From assembly GCA_965226795.1 (NCBI GenBank), contig CBDDDZ010000003.1, positions 480,001-544,000 of the forward strand: a stretch of DNA of 64,000 nt. The letters are read 5' to 3'. Below the pieces are notes generated by a model, which had not been told where the DNA came from, made no database searches, and saw nothing but the letters and a program-made list of their open reading frames with translations. The DNA is from Candidatus Latescibacterota bacterium. GTDB lineage: Bacteria; Latescibacterota; UBA2968; GCA-2709665. The first letter of the stretch is position 1; every line of letters begins with the position of its first letter. Both the position numbers and the translations under genes were made by a program. Positions 31,426 to 40,918 of this stretch are shown one piece after another.

Positions 31426-31596
31426 CGTTATGAGTAGAAGCGGGCAGACAGGAATGTCTACCCCATCCTCACACCGGCTTTCTCCGCATCACAGCCCGCG
31501 CGAATCCAGTGGACGCGCTGCGGTATGAATAAAAGCAGGCAGACAGGAATGTCTGCCCCACCTTCACACCCGCTTCCTCGGCATGGCAGCCCGCGC
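31426..31596 (+). repeat. Two tandem ~95 bp units of permease 3' tail plus REP
   Basis: RYE-stop at 31426-31437 and ARANPVDALRYE-stop at 31494-31532, each followed by the GGCAGACAGGAATGTCT palindrome and linker. Confidence 0.8.
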
Positions 31597-31717
31597 AGAA
31601 TATTTCTCATTCCCTGAAACGTGGGCGCGCGTTATCTTGGTGCAATCCGAATCCGACCATTGAATCGAGAACAGGAAAAGCGGTCATTCAGGACCGCTTT
31701 TCATTTGCGAGAAACCC

Positions 31718-32878
31718 ATGTCCCAGAAGCACCAGGAGGATCGATTCCAGACGACCGACGTGGTCATGCTTTCGGGCGGGCACGCCGTGCACGATACGTA
31801 CAGCGGGTTTCTGGCGCCACTATTGCCGGTGTTTATTCAAACCCTGTCCTTGTCCAAGACCGAGGCTGGAATGCTGATGGTGGTCCGGCAGGCGCCCTCG
31901 ATATTTCAACCGATTGTCGGACTTCGCGCGGACCGCTCGAATCTGCGCGCCCTCGTCATCCTGGGACCCGCGGTCACGGGCATCGCGATGAGTCTGCTCG
32001 GGGTGGCGGGCGGATACACGACGCTTGTCGCGTTGTTGTTGATCGTCGGCTTCAGTTCAGCGGCTTTTCACGCGGTTGGACCGGCGATGGCCGGAACGCA
32101 CTCCGGACCGAATCTGGGTCGCGGAATGGGCATCTGGATGCTGTGCGGCGAACTCGGCCGCACCCTGGGTCCGATTCTGATCGTGAGCGTGATTGGGCTG
32201 TGGGGGGGCGCAGGAACGGTCTATCTGATTCCCGCCGGCCTTGTGGCCTCACTCGTGTTATTGTTGCGGATGAGGCGCGTTACGGCTCGCGGTTTATCAT
32301 TCTACAAGGCGCTGCCGTGGAGGGCCGCCCTGAAACGCATGGCGCCGGTTATGGTGCCGCTGTCCGGCATCGTGTTTGTTCGCGCGTTTACAATGGCCTC
32401 CCTCACCGCATTCCTGCCCACGTTCCTGAGCGAAGAGGGCGTGAGCCTGTGGCTGGCTGGCGCGTCGCTTTCGGTGCTGGAAGGCGCGGGTATCGCGGGT
32501 GCCCTCATCGGCGGATGGGCGAGCGACCGGTTGGGCCGCAAGCAGGTACTTGGCTTCTCCATGATTGCAACACCCATTCTGTTGTTTGTTTTTCTCGAGA
32601 GCCAGGGCTGGGTCCTGTTTCCCGTCCTGGTAGTACTGGGCTTTGTTGCGCTCGCGACCGGCCCCGTGGTTATGGCGATGGTCCAGGAAAGCTGCCCCGA
32701 AAACCGGGCATTCGCCAATGGGATCTATATGGGCGGGGGTTTCGCGCTTCGGGGAGTGGCGATGTTGCTGCTTGGCATGATGGGCGACGCGTATGGCCTA
32801 AGGCGGGCATTCCAAATCAGCGCCGTTCTGATGTTGGTCGGGGTCGCGCTGGTATTGAAAATACCTGAAGAGCGGTGA
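31718..32878 (+). CDS. MFS transporter, Fsr (fosmidomycin resistance)-like
   Basis: HAVHDTY..FLAPLLP, SAAFH, GWASDRLGRK; about 12 hydrophobic segments. Confidence 0.88.
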   Translation: MSQKHQEDRFQTTDVVMLSGGHAVHDTYSGFLAPLLPVFIQTLSLSKTEAGMLMVVRQAPSIFQPIVGLRADRSNLRALVILGPAVTGIAMSLLGVAGGYTTLVALLLIVGFSSAAFHAVGPAMAGTHSGPNLGRGMGIWMLCGELGRTLGPILIVSVIGLWGGAGTVYLIPAGLVASLVLLLRMRRVTARGLSFYKALPWRAALKRMAPVMVPLSGIVFVRAFTMASLTAFLPTFLSEEGVSLWLAGASLSVLEGAGIAGALIGGWASDRLGRKQVLGFSMIATPILLFVFLESQGWVLFPVLVVLGFVALATGPVVMAMVQESCPENRAFANGIYMGGGFALRGVAMLLLGMMGDAYGLRRAFQISAVLMLVGVALVLKIPEER

Positions 32879-33021
32879 GAAGTGAGACGTAAAAGGCGAG
32901 ACGTGAGCAGCCAGAGGTGAGATGTAAGTAGAAGTGTGAAGTCGACACGACGGCCGCTCACGTTCTATTTCTAAGCCGCGAGGTCGCCAACCGCCCGCCT
33001 TGTGGCCCCTCAAGATCTATC

Positions 33022-33221
33022 TCTCGGCCACCCGGTGGTGGCGTTGGGGGTTTTTCCGCGTCATTCCATTCAGCAACGACGCATTTGATCGCCGACGGCC
33101 CTGGCAGGGCAACGACGCTTGTATTCTCGTGTGCGCCATTTCGCGGAAAAACCAGCCCTGCGGCGTCTGAGCAGCGCCGTTCTTTTTGGTCCTTTTTCTT
33201 AGGCGAATAAGAAAAAGGACG
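33022..33221 (-). repeat. N30/N30 repeat lacking the 33 bp palindrome (empty site at 33174/33175)
   Basis: Aligns with 38161-38395 except for the 33 bp insert. Confidence 0.8.
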
Positions 33222-33388
33222 TAAGAAAGAATAGAATTAAGTGCAGCGATCAGCAAGAACAGCGAGTAGAAGTGAAAAGGATGAAACGGTGAGTAGGGAG
33301 AAGGGAGCAAAGGCGGAATACGAGCGGCTGAATCGTTATTCAAAACAGGCCAATCGACAATCCGCGGATAGCTGGATCTTTGATAGAG

Positions 33389-33506
33389 TGTTCATTTTCG
33401 CACATAGGCGTATCATTTTCGAACACTTGTCGGACGAGCCGAGACGCCGCTATTTGTTTCAAATTCCTGTTAATTAACAAATTGATTCATTGGCACGTTT
33501 ATCGCA
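33389..33506 (+). promoter_or_regulatory. Tandem enhancer plus sigma54 promoter of DUF4097-tlpA-permease 5
   Basis: TGTTCATTTTCGCACA-N4-CGTATCATTTTCGAACA (33389-33425), AT-rich spacer, TGGCACGTTTATCGCA at 33491. Confidence 0.8.
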
Positions 33507-33559
33507 AGAAGAAGGATCAGTCCTATTCCGCGGCAGAAATTATGGGAGGTCAAGACGCT

Positions 33560-34276
33560 ATGAAACCGGTTTCCATCCTGATCGCGATGTTCAGCTTTTG
33601 CCTGGTGTCTGCTGGCTGTGACGCCGACGATTACGTGGAGGAGGAGGTCGTCGAGCGCTCGGTCGAATTTCAGTCGCGCGGACGGCTGGTGCTTGTCAAC
33701 GTGAACGGGAATGTATCGATCGATACCTGGGATCGACACGAGGTGAAGATGAAGGCGGAGAAGCGCGCGCGTGCCGAAAGCGAAGATGCGGCACGGTCGC
33801 TTCTTGAGAAGACCACGGTGCAGTTCGACCGTACCGAGAACCGGATTGACATCCGCACGGACGCGCCAAAAAAACCGGGAAGGAACCGGAACGTGAGCGT
33901 CACCTATACGGTGACGGTGCCCAAAGAGATCGAGCTGGAATTGAAATCGGTCAATGGAAGCGTACTGGCCAAAGATGTATCAGGCGCAGTCGATGCGAAA
34001 ACGACGAACGGAAAGATCAAGGTGACGGTTTCCGGGAGTGGCGACGAACCGCACGATATTCGCGCCGAAACGACAAACGGCGGCATTGAGGCCGGGTTGC
34101 CGAAACGGTTGAAAGCACACCTGAAGGCATCCACGGTTAGCGGGAAGATCGATACGGATTTTCCGGTTACCGTGAAGGGCCGCTTCAGCAAGTCGGTTGA
34201 TGGAGAGATTGACGGCGGCGGGAGACTGATCCATTTGAAGACGGTAAATGGCTCGATTCGATTGAAGCAGCTATAA
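33560..34276 (+). CDS. DUF4097 beta-strand-repeat (putative adhesin) lipoprotein
   Basis: Lipobox-like VSAGC; repeated (S/T)(V/T)NG-x-(I/V) units. Confidence 0.85.
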   Translation: MKPVSILIAMFSFCLVSAGCDADDYVEEEVVERSVEFQSRGRLVLVNVNGNVSIDTWDRHEVKMKAEKRARAESEDAARSLLEKTTVQFDRTENRIDIRTDAPKKPGRNRNVSVTYTVTVPKEIELELKSVNGSVLAKDVSGAVDAKTTNGKIKVTVSGSGDEPHDIRAETTNGGIEAGLPKRLKAHLKASTVSGKIDTDFPVTVKGRFSKSVDGEIDGGGRLIHLKTVNGSIRLKQL

Positions 34277-34372
34277 GCCGATGGCGGAACGCCACCGGCG
34301 GCGCGGCCTGCGCCGCCAAAACAGTTACTTCCTTGAGACACGTCTCCGGGAGAATTCGAAGGGAGATATATC

Positions 34373-35284
34373 ATGGACAGAATGGTCCTCGTTGTTGGAT
34401 TCTTTTCCTTCCTTGCCCTGGTTGCCTACGAATGCGAGACTCAAGCTGCCGTCCAGCCTTCGACCTTTATCGCATCGTTCTTCGCGGACGGAGCGCCGGA
34501 GGTCCCGCCGCTGAACCGACTCTCCTTGACCGATGTCATGCAGGCGCAGATGAGCTTGGAAGGAGCTACAAGATCAGTGGTTGTCCTCTGGGGGAAGAAT
34601 GGCAAGGGAGCGGATCGATTCTGGGTGGCGGGCTATGACGATGTAGGGAACGTCGAAATGTCGAATGGATCGATGAAGCGAGGCGAATCGGACGTCTACA
34701 AAGGTTCGGTTGACTTGAAGGCGCTTGGCGCTTCGCCACGATCTGTTGAAGTGGAGATCCGGGTCATACTTGCACAAAGACTGCTGTTATACAGGCAGGA
34801 AACCCAGGCATATTCCCTCTCAGCACGAGGAAGTGAATCAGGCGAGGAGCACGATAATCGGCTGAAGTGGCATGCACAGATACCCGATTTTCGGGTGCAG
34901 CTTCTCAATGGCGATTCTCTGGCAATCGCGGACCTGAGAGGCAGATTCGTGGTGATCAACTGGTGGGCGACCACCTGCTCGCCGTGTATTGCTGAGATGC
35001 CTGGGCTGAATGAGCTGGTGGATAAGTACAGCGGCAACGAGAGTATCTCGTTCCTAGCCATTGCAGCGGATACGAGGGAAGACCTTTCGCGATTCCTCGA
35101 GCGCCGCCGATTTGCATATATACAGGCGCTGTACAACGAGTCAGTGAAAGAGATATTCGGGAATGGGCTTCCCAGAAACGTCATCCTTGATCCGGATGGA
35201 GAGGTGGCATACGACCGTGTCGGTGGCAGCCCCACGACGCATAATATATTGGATGAAGCCATTGAGCGATTAATGTCTCGATAG
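34373..35284 (+). CDS. TlpA-family disulfide reductase with an N-terminal extension
   Basis: DLRGRFVVINWWATTCSPCIAEMP (CxxC), cis-Pro region LPRNVILD. Confidence 0.85.
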   Translation: MDRMVLVVGFFSFLALVAYECETQAAVQPSTFIASFFADGAPEVPPLNRLSLTDVMQAQMSLEGATRSVVVLWGKNGKGADRFWVAGYDDVGNVEMSNGSMKRGESDVYKGSVDLKALGASPRSVEVEIRVILAQRLLLYRQETQAYSLSARGSESGEEHDNRLKWHAQIPDFRVQLLNGDSLAIADLRGRFVVINWWATTCSPCIAEMPGLNELVDKYSGNESISFLAIAADTREDLSRFLERRRFAYIQALYNESVKEIFGNGLPRNVILDPDGEVAYDRVGGSPTTHNILDEAIERLMSR

Positions 35285-35425
35285 ACGCAAATGGCACTGA
35301 ATAGCCACAGCTTCCAGGCTCGTCTTCCGGGCAAACTCGCCCATCCACCCCAGGCCAGGCACCTCGAAGGTCAATGATAAGAACGCTACTAAGGATTTTC
35401 GAATCACCCAGGAGGCACGGGATCC

Positions 35426-37777
35426 ATGCTCTGGAATTATCTGATCGTGGCGTACCGCAATCTCATGCGCCATAGGGTCTACTCCCTGATCAACGTGGCG
35501 GGGCTTTCGATCGGGATCGCGTTCTGCATTCTGACGTTCCTGTTCGTCCGGCGCGAGTGGACGTACGACGCGTTCCACGAGAACGCGAAACGGATCTACA
35601 GGGTCTATGTCGATTCCCGTTTCGGGCCGTCAGCCGAAACGCCGGACCCGCTGGGGCCGGCGCTGGTGGAGACGTTTTCGGACGTCCGGACCGTGAGGAT
35701 TGGCGGGGGCGCTTCCTTTGCGAAGTATCAGGAAAGGACCCTTCGCGGAAGTTTTCGCTTTGCCGATCCGGCGATTCTGGAGGTGTTCACGTTTCCACTG
35801 CTGCAAGGAGACCCCGCGACGGTTCTGGAGGATCCGTACTCTCTCGTCATCACAGAAGCGGCGGCGCGGAAATACTTCGGAGATGAAGACCCCCTCGGCA
35901 AAGTCCTTTCAGTGAAACTATGGGGGCCACCGGCGGTGGACCGGGATTTCGTCATAACCGGGGTTGCAAAGTCGGTGCCCAAGACCTCCAGCATCCGGTT
36001 CGATTTTCTGGCTCCGTTTTCGGCCAGAGGCGAACCCAGAGGTTGGAATATAAGAGCTATCCGGACGTTCGTATTACTTCCTCAACACGGACGTCCGTCG
36101 GAACTCAGCGCACGGTTTTCGAATTTGTTACCCAAATATCTGCCGGCATGGATGGGAGAACAGTCGGACACCTCTGTGGGCCTCCAGCCACTCCTGGAGA
36201 TGCATCTCGAACGGGGAATACCGGGACTCAGGGGAGCAGGCAATCCGGCATTTTCTTATATTCTTCTGGGAATTGCTCTGCTCGTTCTGGTGAATGCCTG
36301 CGTGAACTTCATAACCCTTGCCGTGGGCCGGTCATTCTCCCGCGACCGCGAAGTGGCGATGCGAAAGGCGGCCGGTGCGTCGCGGACACAGTTGATGGTA
36401 CAGTTCATGGGAGAGTCGATGCTCTTGAGCGTGGTAGCCATGGTGGCCGGGATCGGTTTGGCGGAACTCGTCCTGCCGGCCTTCAACAACCTGGTGGGCA
36501 AGGACCTCGCCCTGGGCGATCAGGCCGACGGTGCGGGTCTGGCGTTTCTGTTCGGACTGGTGGTGGCCGTCGGGATGGCCGCGGGCGGCTATCCGGCCTA
36601 CGTGCTGTCGGGGTTCCAGCCGGTTGCGGTGTGGAATCGACAGCGCAGGATGGGAGCCTCCAGTCTGTTTGGACGGGCGCTCGTGGTTTTCCAATTCGCC
36701 CTTTCCGTCTTCCTGGTTGTCAGTACGTTGCTGATGGTCCGGCAACTGGAGTACCTGAGGACGAAACCGCTCGGCTTCGAGAGTGATTACGTCCTGCGCA
36801 TCCGGGCGTGGGACCTGTTTGAGCGAGATTCAGACCTGCTTGGGGTGTATCGCAACGAGGTGATGCGACACCATTCTATCCTGGGGACCACGACGACCAG
36901 TCACGCGCTGAGCAACAGGACGAGGTACCTTACCGACATCGAGTACAAAGGCGAAGGAATAGACGTCGAGCAAGTCAATGTTGGCTACGACTTTCTGGCG
37001 ACGATGGGGGTCTATCTTCTGGAGGGGGCGGATTTCGATCCACAGAGTTCGGGTTCCCGGGCTTCAATTATCGTGAACGAGGCCCTTGTCCGGCATTTGG
37101 GATGGCAAAGTCCGGTCACGGGCAGGATGCTGCGCATGAATACACGGGATGTTACGGTGATTGGGGTGGCAAAGGATTTTCATTTTCGCTCCCTTCACCA
37201 TACGATCGGACCGGCGGTGTTGCGGTTCGACCCGAACGGATATGGCAACGTGCTTGTCAGGGTCCGTCCGGAGAATATCCCCGGCACGCTGGCCTTCCTC
37301 GAGGAGAAGTGGCTTGAAGTCGCTCCCGACATTCCGTTTCAGTTATCATTTCTTGACGACGAAGTGGATGGGCAATACAGGAAGGAGGAGCGCTGGAACC
37401 AAATTGTCATGTATTCTGCGTTGCTCGCGGTCTTCATCGCCTGTCTCGGGGCGTTCGGGCTAACCGCCCTTGCCGTCGCGCGCCGGACCAGGGAGATCGG
37501 CATCCGGAAGGTCCTGGGTGCCCGTGGATCCGGGATTGTCTCACTGCTATCCAGGGATTTTGTGATGCTCGCGGCAATTGCGAATCTGATCGCCTGGCCG
37601 GCGGCGTACTATGCGTCGGACCGATGGCTGCAGGATTTCGCGTATCGGATTGAACCGGGCATCGGCACGTTTGTATCGGGTGGGATATTGATGCTGGTGG
37701 TTGTGTTGTTGACCGTAGGTGTCCAGGCCATCCGGGCGGCGTGGGCGAACCCGGTGGACGCGTTGCGGACCGAGTGA
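35426..37777 (+). CDS. MacB/FtsX-family ABC permease 5
   Basis: MLWNYLIVAYRNL...ANPVDALRTE; same architecture as the other four. Confidence 0.93.
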   Translation: MLWNYLIVAYRNLMRHRVYSLINVAGLSIGIAFCILTFLFVRREWTYDAFHENAKRIYRVYVDSRFGPSAETPDPLGPALVETFSDVRTVRIGGGASFAKYQERTLRGSFRFADPAILEVFTFPLLQGDPATVLEDPYSLVITEAAARKYFGDEDPLGKVLSVKLWGPPAVDRDFVITGVAKSVPKTSSIRFDFLAPFSARGEPRGWNIRAIRTFVLLPQHGRPSELSARFSNLLPKYLPAWMGEQSDTSVGLQPLLEMHLERGIPGLRGAGNPAFSYILLGIALLVLVNACVNFITLAVGRSFSRDREVAMRKAAGASRTQLMVQFMGESMLLSVVAMVAGIGLAELVLPAFNNLVGKDLALGDQADGAGLAFLFGLVVAVGMAAGGYPAYVLSGFQPVAVWNRQRRMGASSLFGRALVVFQFALSVFLVVSTLLMVRQLEYLRTKPLGFESDYVLRIRAWDLFERDSDLLGVYRNEVMRHHSILGTTTTSHALSNRTRYLTDIEYKGEGIDVEQVNVGYDFLATMGVYLLEGADFDPQSSGSRASIIVNEALVRHLGWQSPVTGRMLRMNTRDVTVIGVAKDFHFRSLHHTIGPAVLRFDPNGYGNVLVRVRPENIPGTLAFLEEKWLEVAPDIPFQLSFLDDEVDGQYRKEERWNQIVMYSALLAVFIACLGAFGLTALAVARRTREIGIRKVLGARGSGIVSLLSRDFVMLAAIANLIAWPAAYYASDRWLQDFAYRIEPGIGTFVSGGILMLVVVLLTVGVQAIRAAWANPVDALRTE

Positions 37778-37886
37778 AGAGACTTGGCGTGCCCATGTAT
37801 TGAGTCTGTCACCCTCTCCAGCCTGGTAATCGGGGTTATTCCGTGGGGCGCAGGCGGACCCTTGCTTCGTTACGGGCGCCGCCAAG

Positions 37887-38004
37887 TGTGCGTTTTCGGA
37901 CATATGTGTATCGAAATCGAACACTTTATTGTCGTTCGCTTGAAAGAGATTTCGTATAAGTCTTTAAAAAATAACAATAAATAATCATTGGCACGGTTGT
38001 CGCG
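37887..38004 (+). promoter_or_regulatory. Tandem enhancer plus sigma54 promoter upstream of ECF sigma-adaptor-ATPase
   Basis: TGTGCGTTTTCGGACA-N4-TGTATCGAAATCGAACA (37887-37923), AT-rich spacer, TGGCACGGTTGTCGCG at 37989. Confidence 0.8.
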
Positions 38005-38160
38005 TCTTGCAATTATTGCCGGGAGCGGCAAATGGCCGAAATTTATCGCCCCTGCTACAGGAAAGTTGTGATGCAAACTACAAGGTGCGCCCCGCAAGAA
38101 GCACAAGGCCGAGGTCGGTAGGCGGTAAGACCGCGAGCCACGCGAGGGTCCGTGCCGGTC

Positions 38161-38395
38161 TGCCTCCCGCCCGACCTGTGGTGGCGTGGGGGGTTTTTCC
38201 GCGCGATTCCGTTCAGCACGGTTGCTTAGTGAATGCATCGAGGTGGTCAGGGCAGGGTTTCACGGTGCCTCCACAGAGGAAGTTCGCGGAAAAACCAGCC
38301 CTGCGGCGTCTGAGCAGCCTGCCTGCGCCGAGCCGTGCTCGGCAGGCAGGCGCCGTTCTTTTTGGCCCTTTTTCTTAGGCGAAGAAAAAGGGCAG
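38161..38395 (-). repeat. N30/N30 repeat with the 33 bp palindrome (38318-38350)
   Basis: Reverse-complement copy of the forward arm. Confidence 0.8.
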
Positions 38396-38533
38396 AGAAA
38401 AGGCAAAAAAAGGAAAACAGAATGACTATCAGGAGCGGTAAATAGAGGAAAGTGATGTAATCTATATTGTGTTCCCCGTAATAAGAAGTTTGCGATATCC
38501 TTACGTACGACACGAAACGGAGCGAGTCCGCTT

Positions 38534-39154
38534 GTGGCTGTAAAGAAAAGTGAATACAAGACGTTACAGTGCGCGCATGAGTCCGACGCTACGCTGATTG
38601 AACGGGCGCTTGCCGGCGATGAGTGGGCCTATACGTACCTTTACAGGGCGCATCGCGACCGCGTGCGGGCGCTCGTGCACCGAAGTGCAAGGAACGCAGA
38701 TGAGACCGGGGATCTGGTTCAGCTGGTCTTTATAAAGGCCTTTCAGGGACTGGCCGGGTTTCGGGGACAGGCCGCGTTCTCCACGTGGCTGACCCGCATT
38801 GCCATGAATGTGCGTACATCCTATTCTCGGTCCCTGAGAAAGCGGCAGAACTGGTTGAGTGAAGTGGCGGATGCGGCGCCCGCGCTCCACGCGAGGTGGA
38901 GACCGGTGCCACACGAAGATCCCGAAGCGGTGTTGGTGCGGAAGGAGCGCAGGGAGATTGTGATGCGGAGCGTCCAGGCGCTTCCGGGCCGGCAGCGCGA
39001 GGCGGTTTGGCTGCATTACGTAGGTGAACGGACCTATCGTGAGATCGTGGAGGAGCTACAGGTGCCGATCGGAACGTTGAAGGTCTGGCTATACCGCGGA
39101 CGGAATCGGTTGAGGGGAGAGGTCGAACGGTTGGGGATGACCGGGAGCTTGTAG
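38534..39154 (+). CDS. ECF-family RNA polymerase sigma factor
   Basis: DLVQLVFIKAF, FRGQAAFSTWLTRIAMN, YREIVEELQVPIGTLKVWLYRGR. Confidence 0.9.
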   Translation: MAVKKSEYKTLQCAHESDATLIERALAGDEWAYTYLYRAHRDRVRALVHRSARNADETGDLVQLVFIKAFQGLAGFRGQAAFSTWLTRIAMNVRTSYSRSLRKRQNWLSEVADAAPALHARWRPVPHEDPEAVLVRKERREIVMRSVQALPGRQREAVWLHYVGERTYREIVEELQVPIGTLKVWLYRGRNRLRGEVERLGMTGSL

Positions 39155-39219
39155 GGACAGGAAGGAATCGACTCAGGATGGTTGGATTTCAACGTCTCAA
39201 ACGATGTTAAGGTAAGACT

Positions 39220-40668
39220 ATGGAAGAGCGAAAACCACAAAAGGACAAGAGACGCCTGTTGAAGCTGAATCAGGCAGGCGCACCAGCTGATCACCAGACT
39301 TCGAGTCAGGAATCGTCTGAAGGAGCGTCCGATTCCGTTGGCAGGGAGAAACCGATGCCCGGTTTCGTGAATGCCGGTACGTCGGCGTCTGAACAGAAAG
39401 GTGAGACGACGATCCCTGGCACGGACCGCAAACTCGAAAGGAAATTCTGGACGCCGAAGCGAATCATGAGTGTTGGCGCAGTCGCGGGATTTGTGGGACT
39501 GGTGCTCTATATGGCCATTTTCGGCGACCACAGTGCCAGGCTCAACGTGCAGGTCGAGCGTATTACAATTTCCGAAGTCACCATCGGCCCCTTCCAGGAG
39601 TTCATCCCCCAACGCGGCACCGTGATGCCCATTCAGTCGCACTACCTGGATGCGCTGGAAGGCGGGCAGGTGGAGGAGATATTCCTTGAAGAAGGGGCAA
39701 TGGTTAAAAAAGGCACGCGGATCTTGCGCATGTCCAACCCATCCCTGGAACAGACCGTGTTGAGCCAGGAAGCGCAGTTGTTCGAGCAGATCAACAGAAT
39801 GGAGAACACACGGTTGAGCCAGGAGATTCAGGATATTCAGCGCAAGCGCGATTTGATGCTCATCGAACTGAACCTGCAGAAGTCCGAGCGCGAATTTCTG
39901 AGGCAGAAAGTGCTATTCGAACGAAATTTCACATCTCGAGAAAATTTCATGTCGGCAGAAGACAGTTACAATCATGCCCAAAAACTCAGGGTATTTATGC
40001 TGGAGACGGTCAGACGCGACTCACTGTATCGAATCAATGAACTGGCTGCCCTGCAGAAGCGCGCATGGAGCCTGCAGCGCCAATTGGATGACGTGCGTCG
40101 CCCTCTGAGGAATCTGATCGTACGCGCGCCGATCGACGGCCAATTGTCGCAACTCAACGCCGAGATCGGCAAGTTGATCGCGAAGGGGACCAGCATTGGC
40201 CAGATCGACGTTCTGTACGCTTACAAGATGCGGGCTGTCATCGACGAGTTTTACATTACCAGAATTACCCCCGGACTTAAGGGGACGATTGAAATTGACG
40301 ATGAGACGTATGAGTTGAAGATCCGTCGGGTTTTCCCCGAGGTGAAGGAGGGGCAGTTTAAGGTCGATATGGATTTCACAGGCGAGGCTCCTCAGGGCAT
40401 TCGCCGCGGCCAGACCGAGCAGATTCGGCTGGAATTGAACGCGCCCGAAGAAGCGTTGTTGCTGCCGCGGGGCGCCTTCTATCAGACCACGGGCGGCAAC
40501 TGGGTCTTTGTGGTGGAGGGCGACCTGGCCGTTCGGCGCCCGGTCCGAATCGGACGCCAGAATCCCGAGTATTTCGAGGTGCTTGAGGGCCTGTCACCTG
40601 GAGAACGCGTCGTGACCTCATCATACGAAAACTATGAGGAAATAGATAAATTGGTTCTGAAGCGGTAA
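39220..40668 (+). CDS. Efflux periplasmic adaptor (membrane fusion protein, MacA/HlyD-like)
   Basis: TM segment, GGQVEEIFLEEG lipoyl half, coiled coil, RAPIDGQL, GRQNPEYFEVLEGL; start uncertain. Confidence 0.9.
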   Translation: MEERKPQKDKRRLLKLNQAGAPADHQTSSQESSEGASDSVGREKPMPGFVNAGTSASEQKGETTIPGTDRKLERKFWTPKRIMSVGAVAGFVGLVLYMAIFGDHSARLNVQVERITISEVTIGPFQEFIPQRGTVMPIQSHYLDALEGGQVEEIFLEEGAMVKKGTRILRMSNPSLEQTVLSQEAQLFEQINRMENTRLSQEIQDIQRKRDLMLIELNLQKSEREFLRQKVLFERNFTSRENFMSAEDSYNHAQKLRVFMLETVRRDSLYRINELAALQKRAWSLQRQLDDVRRPLRNLIVRAPIDGQLSQLNAEIGKLIAKGTSIGQIDVLYAYKMRAVIDEFYITRITPGLKGTIEIDDETYELKIRRVFPEVKEGQFKVDMDFTGEAPQGIRRGQTEQIRLELNAPEEALLLPRGAFYQTTGGNWVFVVEGDLAVRRPVRIGRQNPEYFEVLEGLSPGERVVTSSYENYEEIDKLVLKR

Positions 40669-40756
40669 GAGGCAAGACGCAAGACGCAAGACGTAAGAGG
40701 ATGGAAGTCTCGCTACTCAGTTTGGACCTAAACCAAGTGGGAAAGCCCAGAATGCC

Positions 40757-40918
40757 ATGTTGAATCTCACCCACAAAAAGCTTGAGATTAATAAAGAGCG
40801 TTTCCTCGTAACCGGTGCCGATATCTTAGCCATTATCGTTGTGACCTGTAAAACGATCAGGCACTCATATCCTCTCCCGTCTTACGTCTACCTTTTTTTA
40901 AAAGGAGCGTCAAAATGA
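40757..40918 (+). pseudogene. Possible internally deleted four-helix-bundle (23S rRNA IVP-like) gene remnant
   Basis: 53 codons MLNLTHKKLEI...ADILAIIVVTCKTIR, bracketed by inverted heptamer tracts (GCAAGAC x3 / GTCTTAC). Confidence 0.35.

Noticed and set aside
19181..37777. Diversity-generating retroelement acting on permease 3' ends or the 31.5 kb tail copies
   Set aside because: No reverse transcriptase in the window; differences between repeats are not adenine-specific and are mostly synonymous
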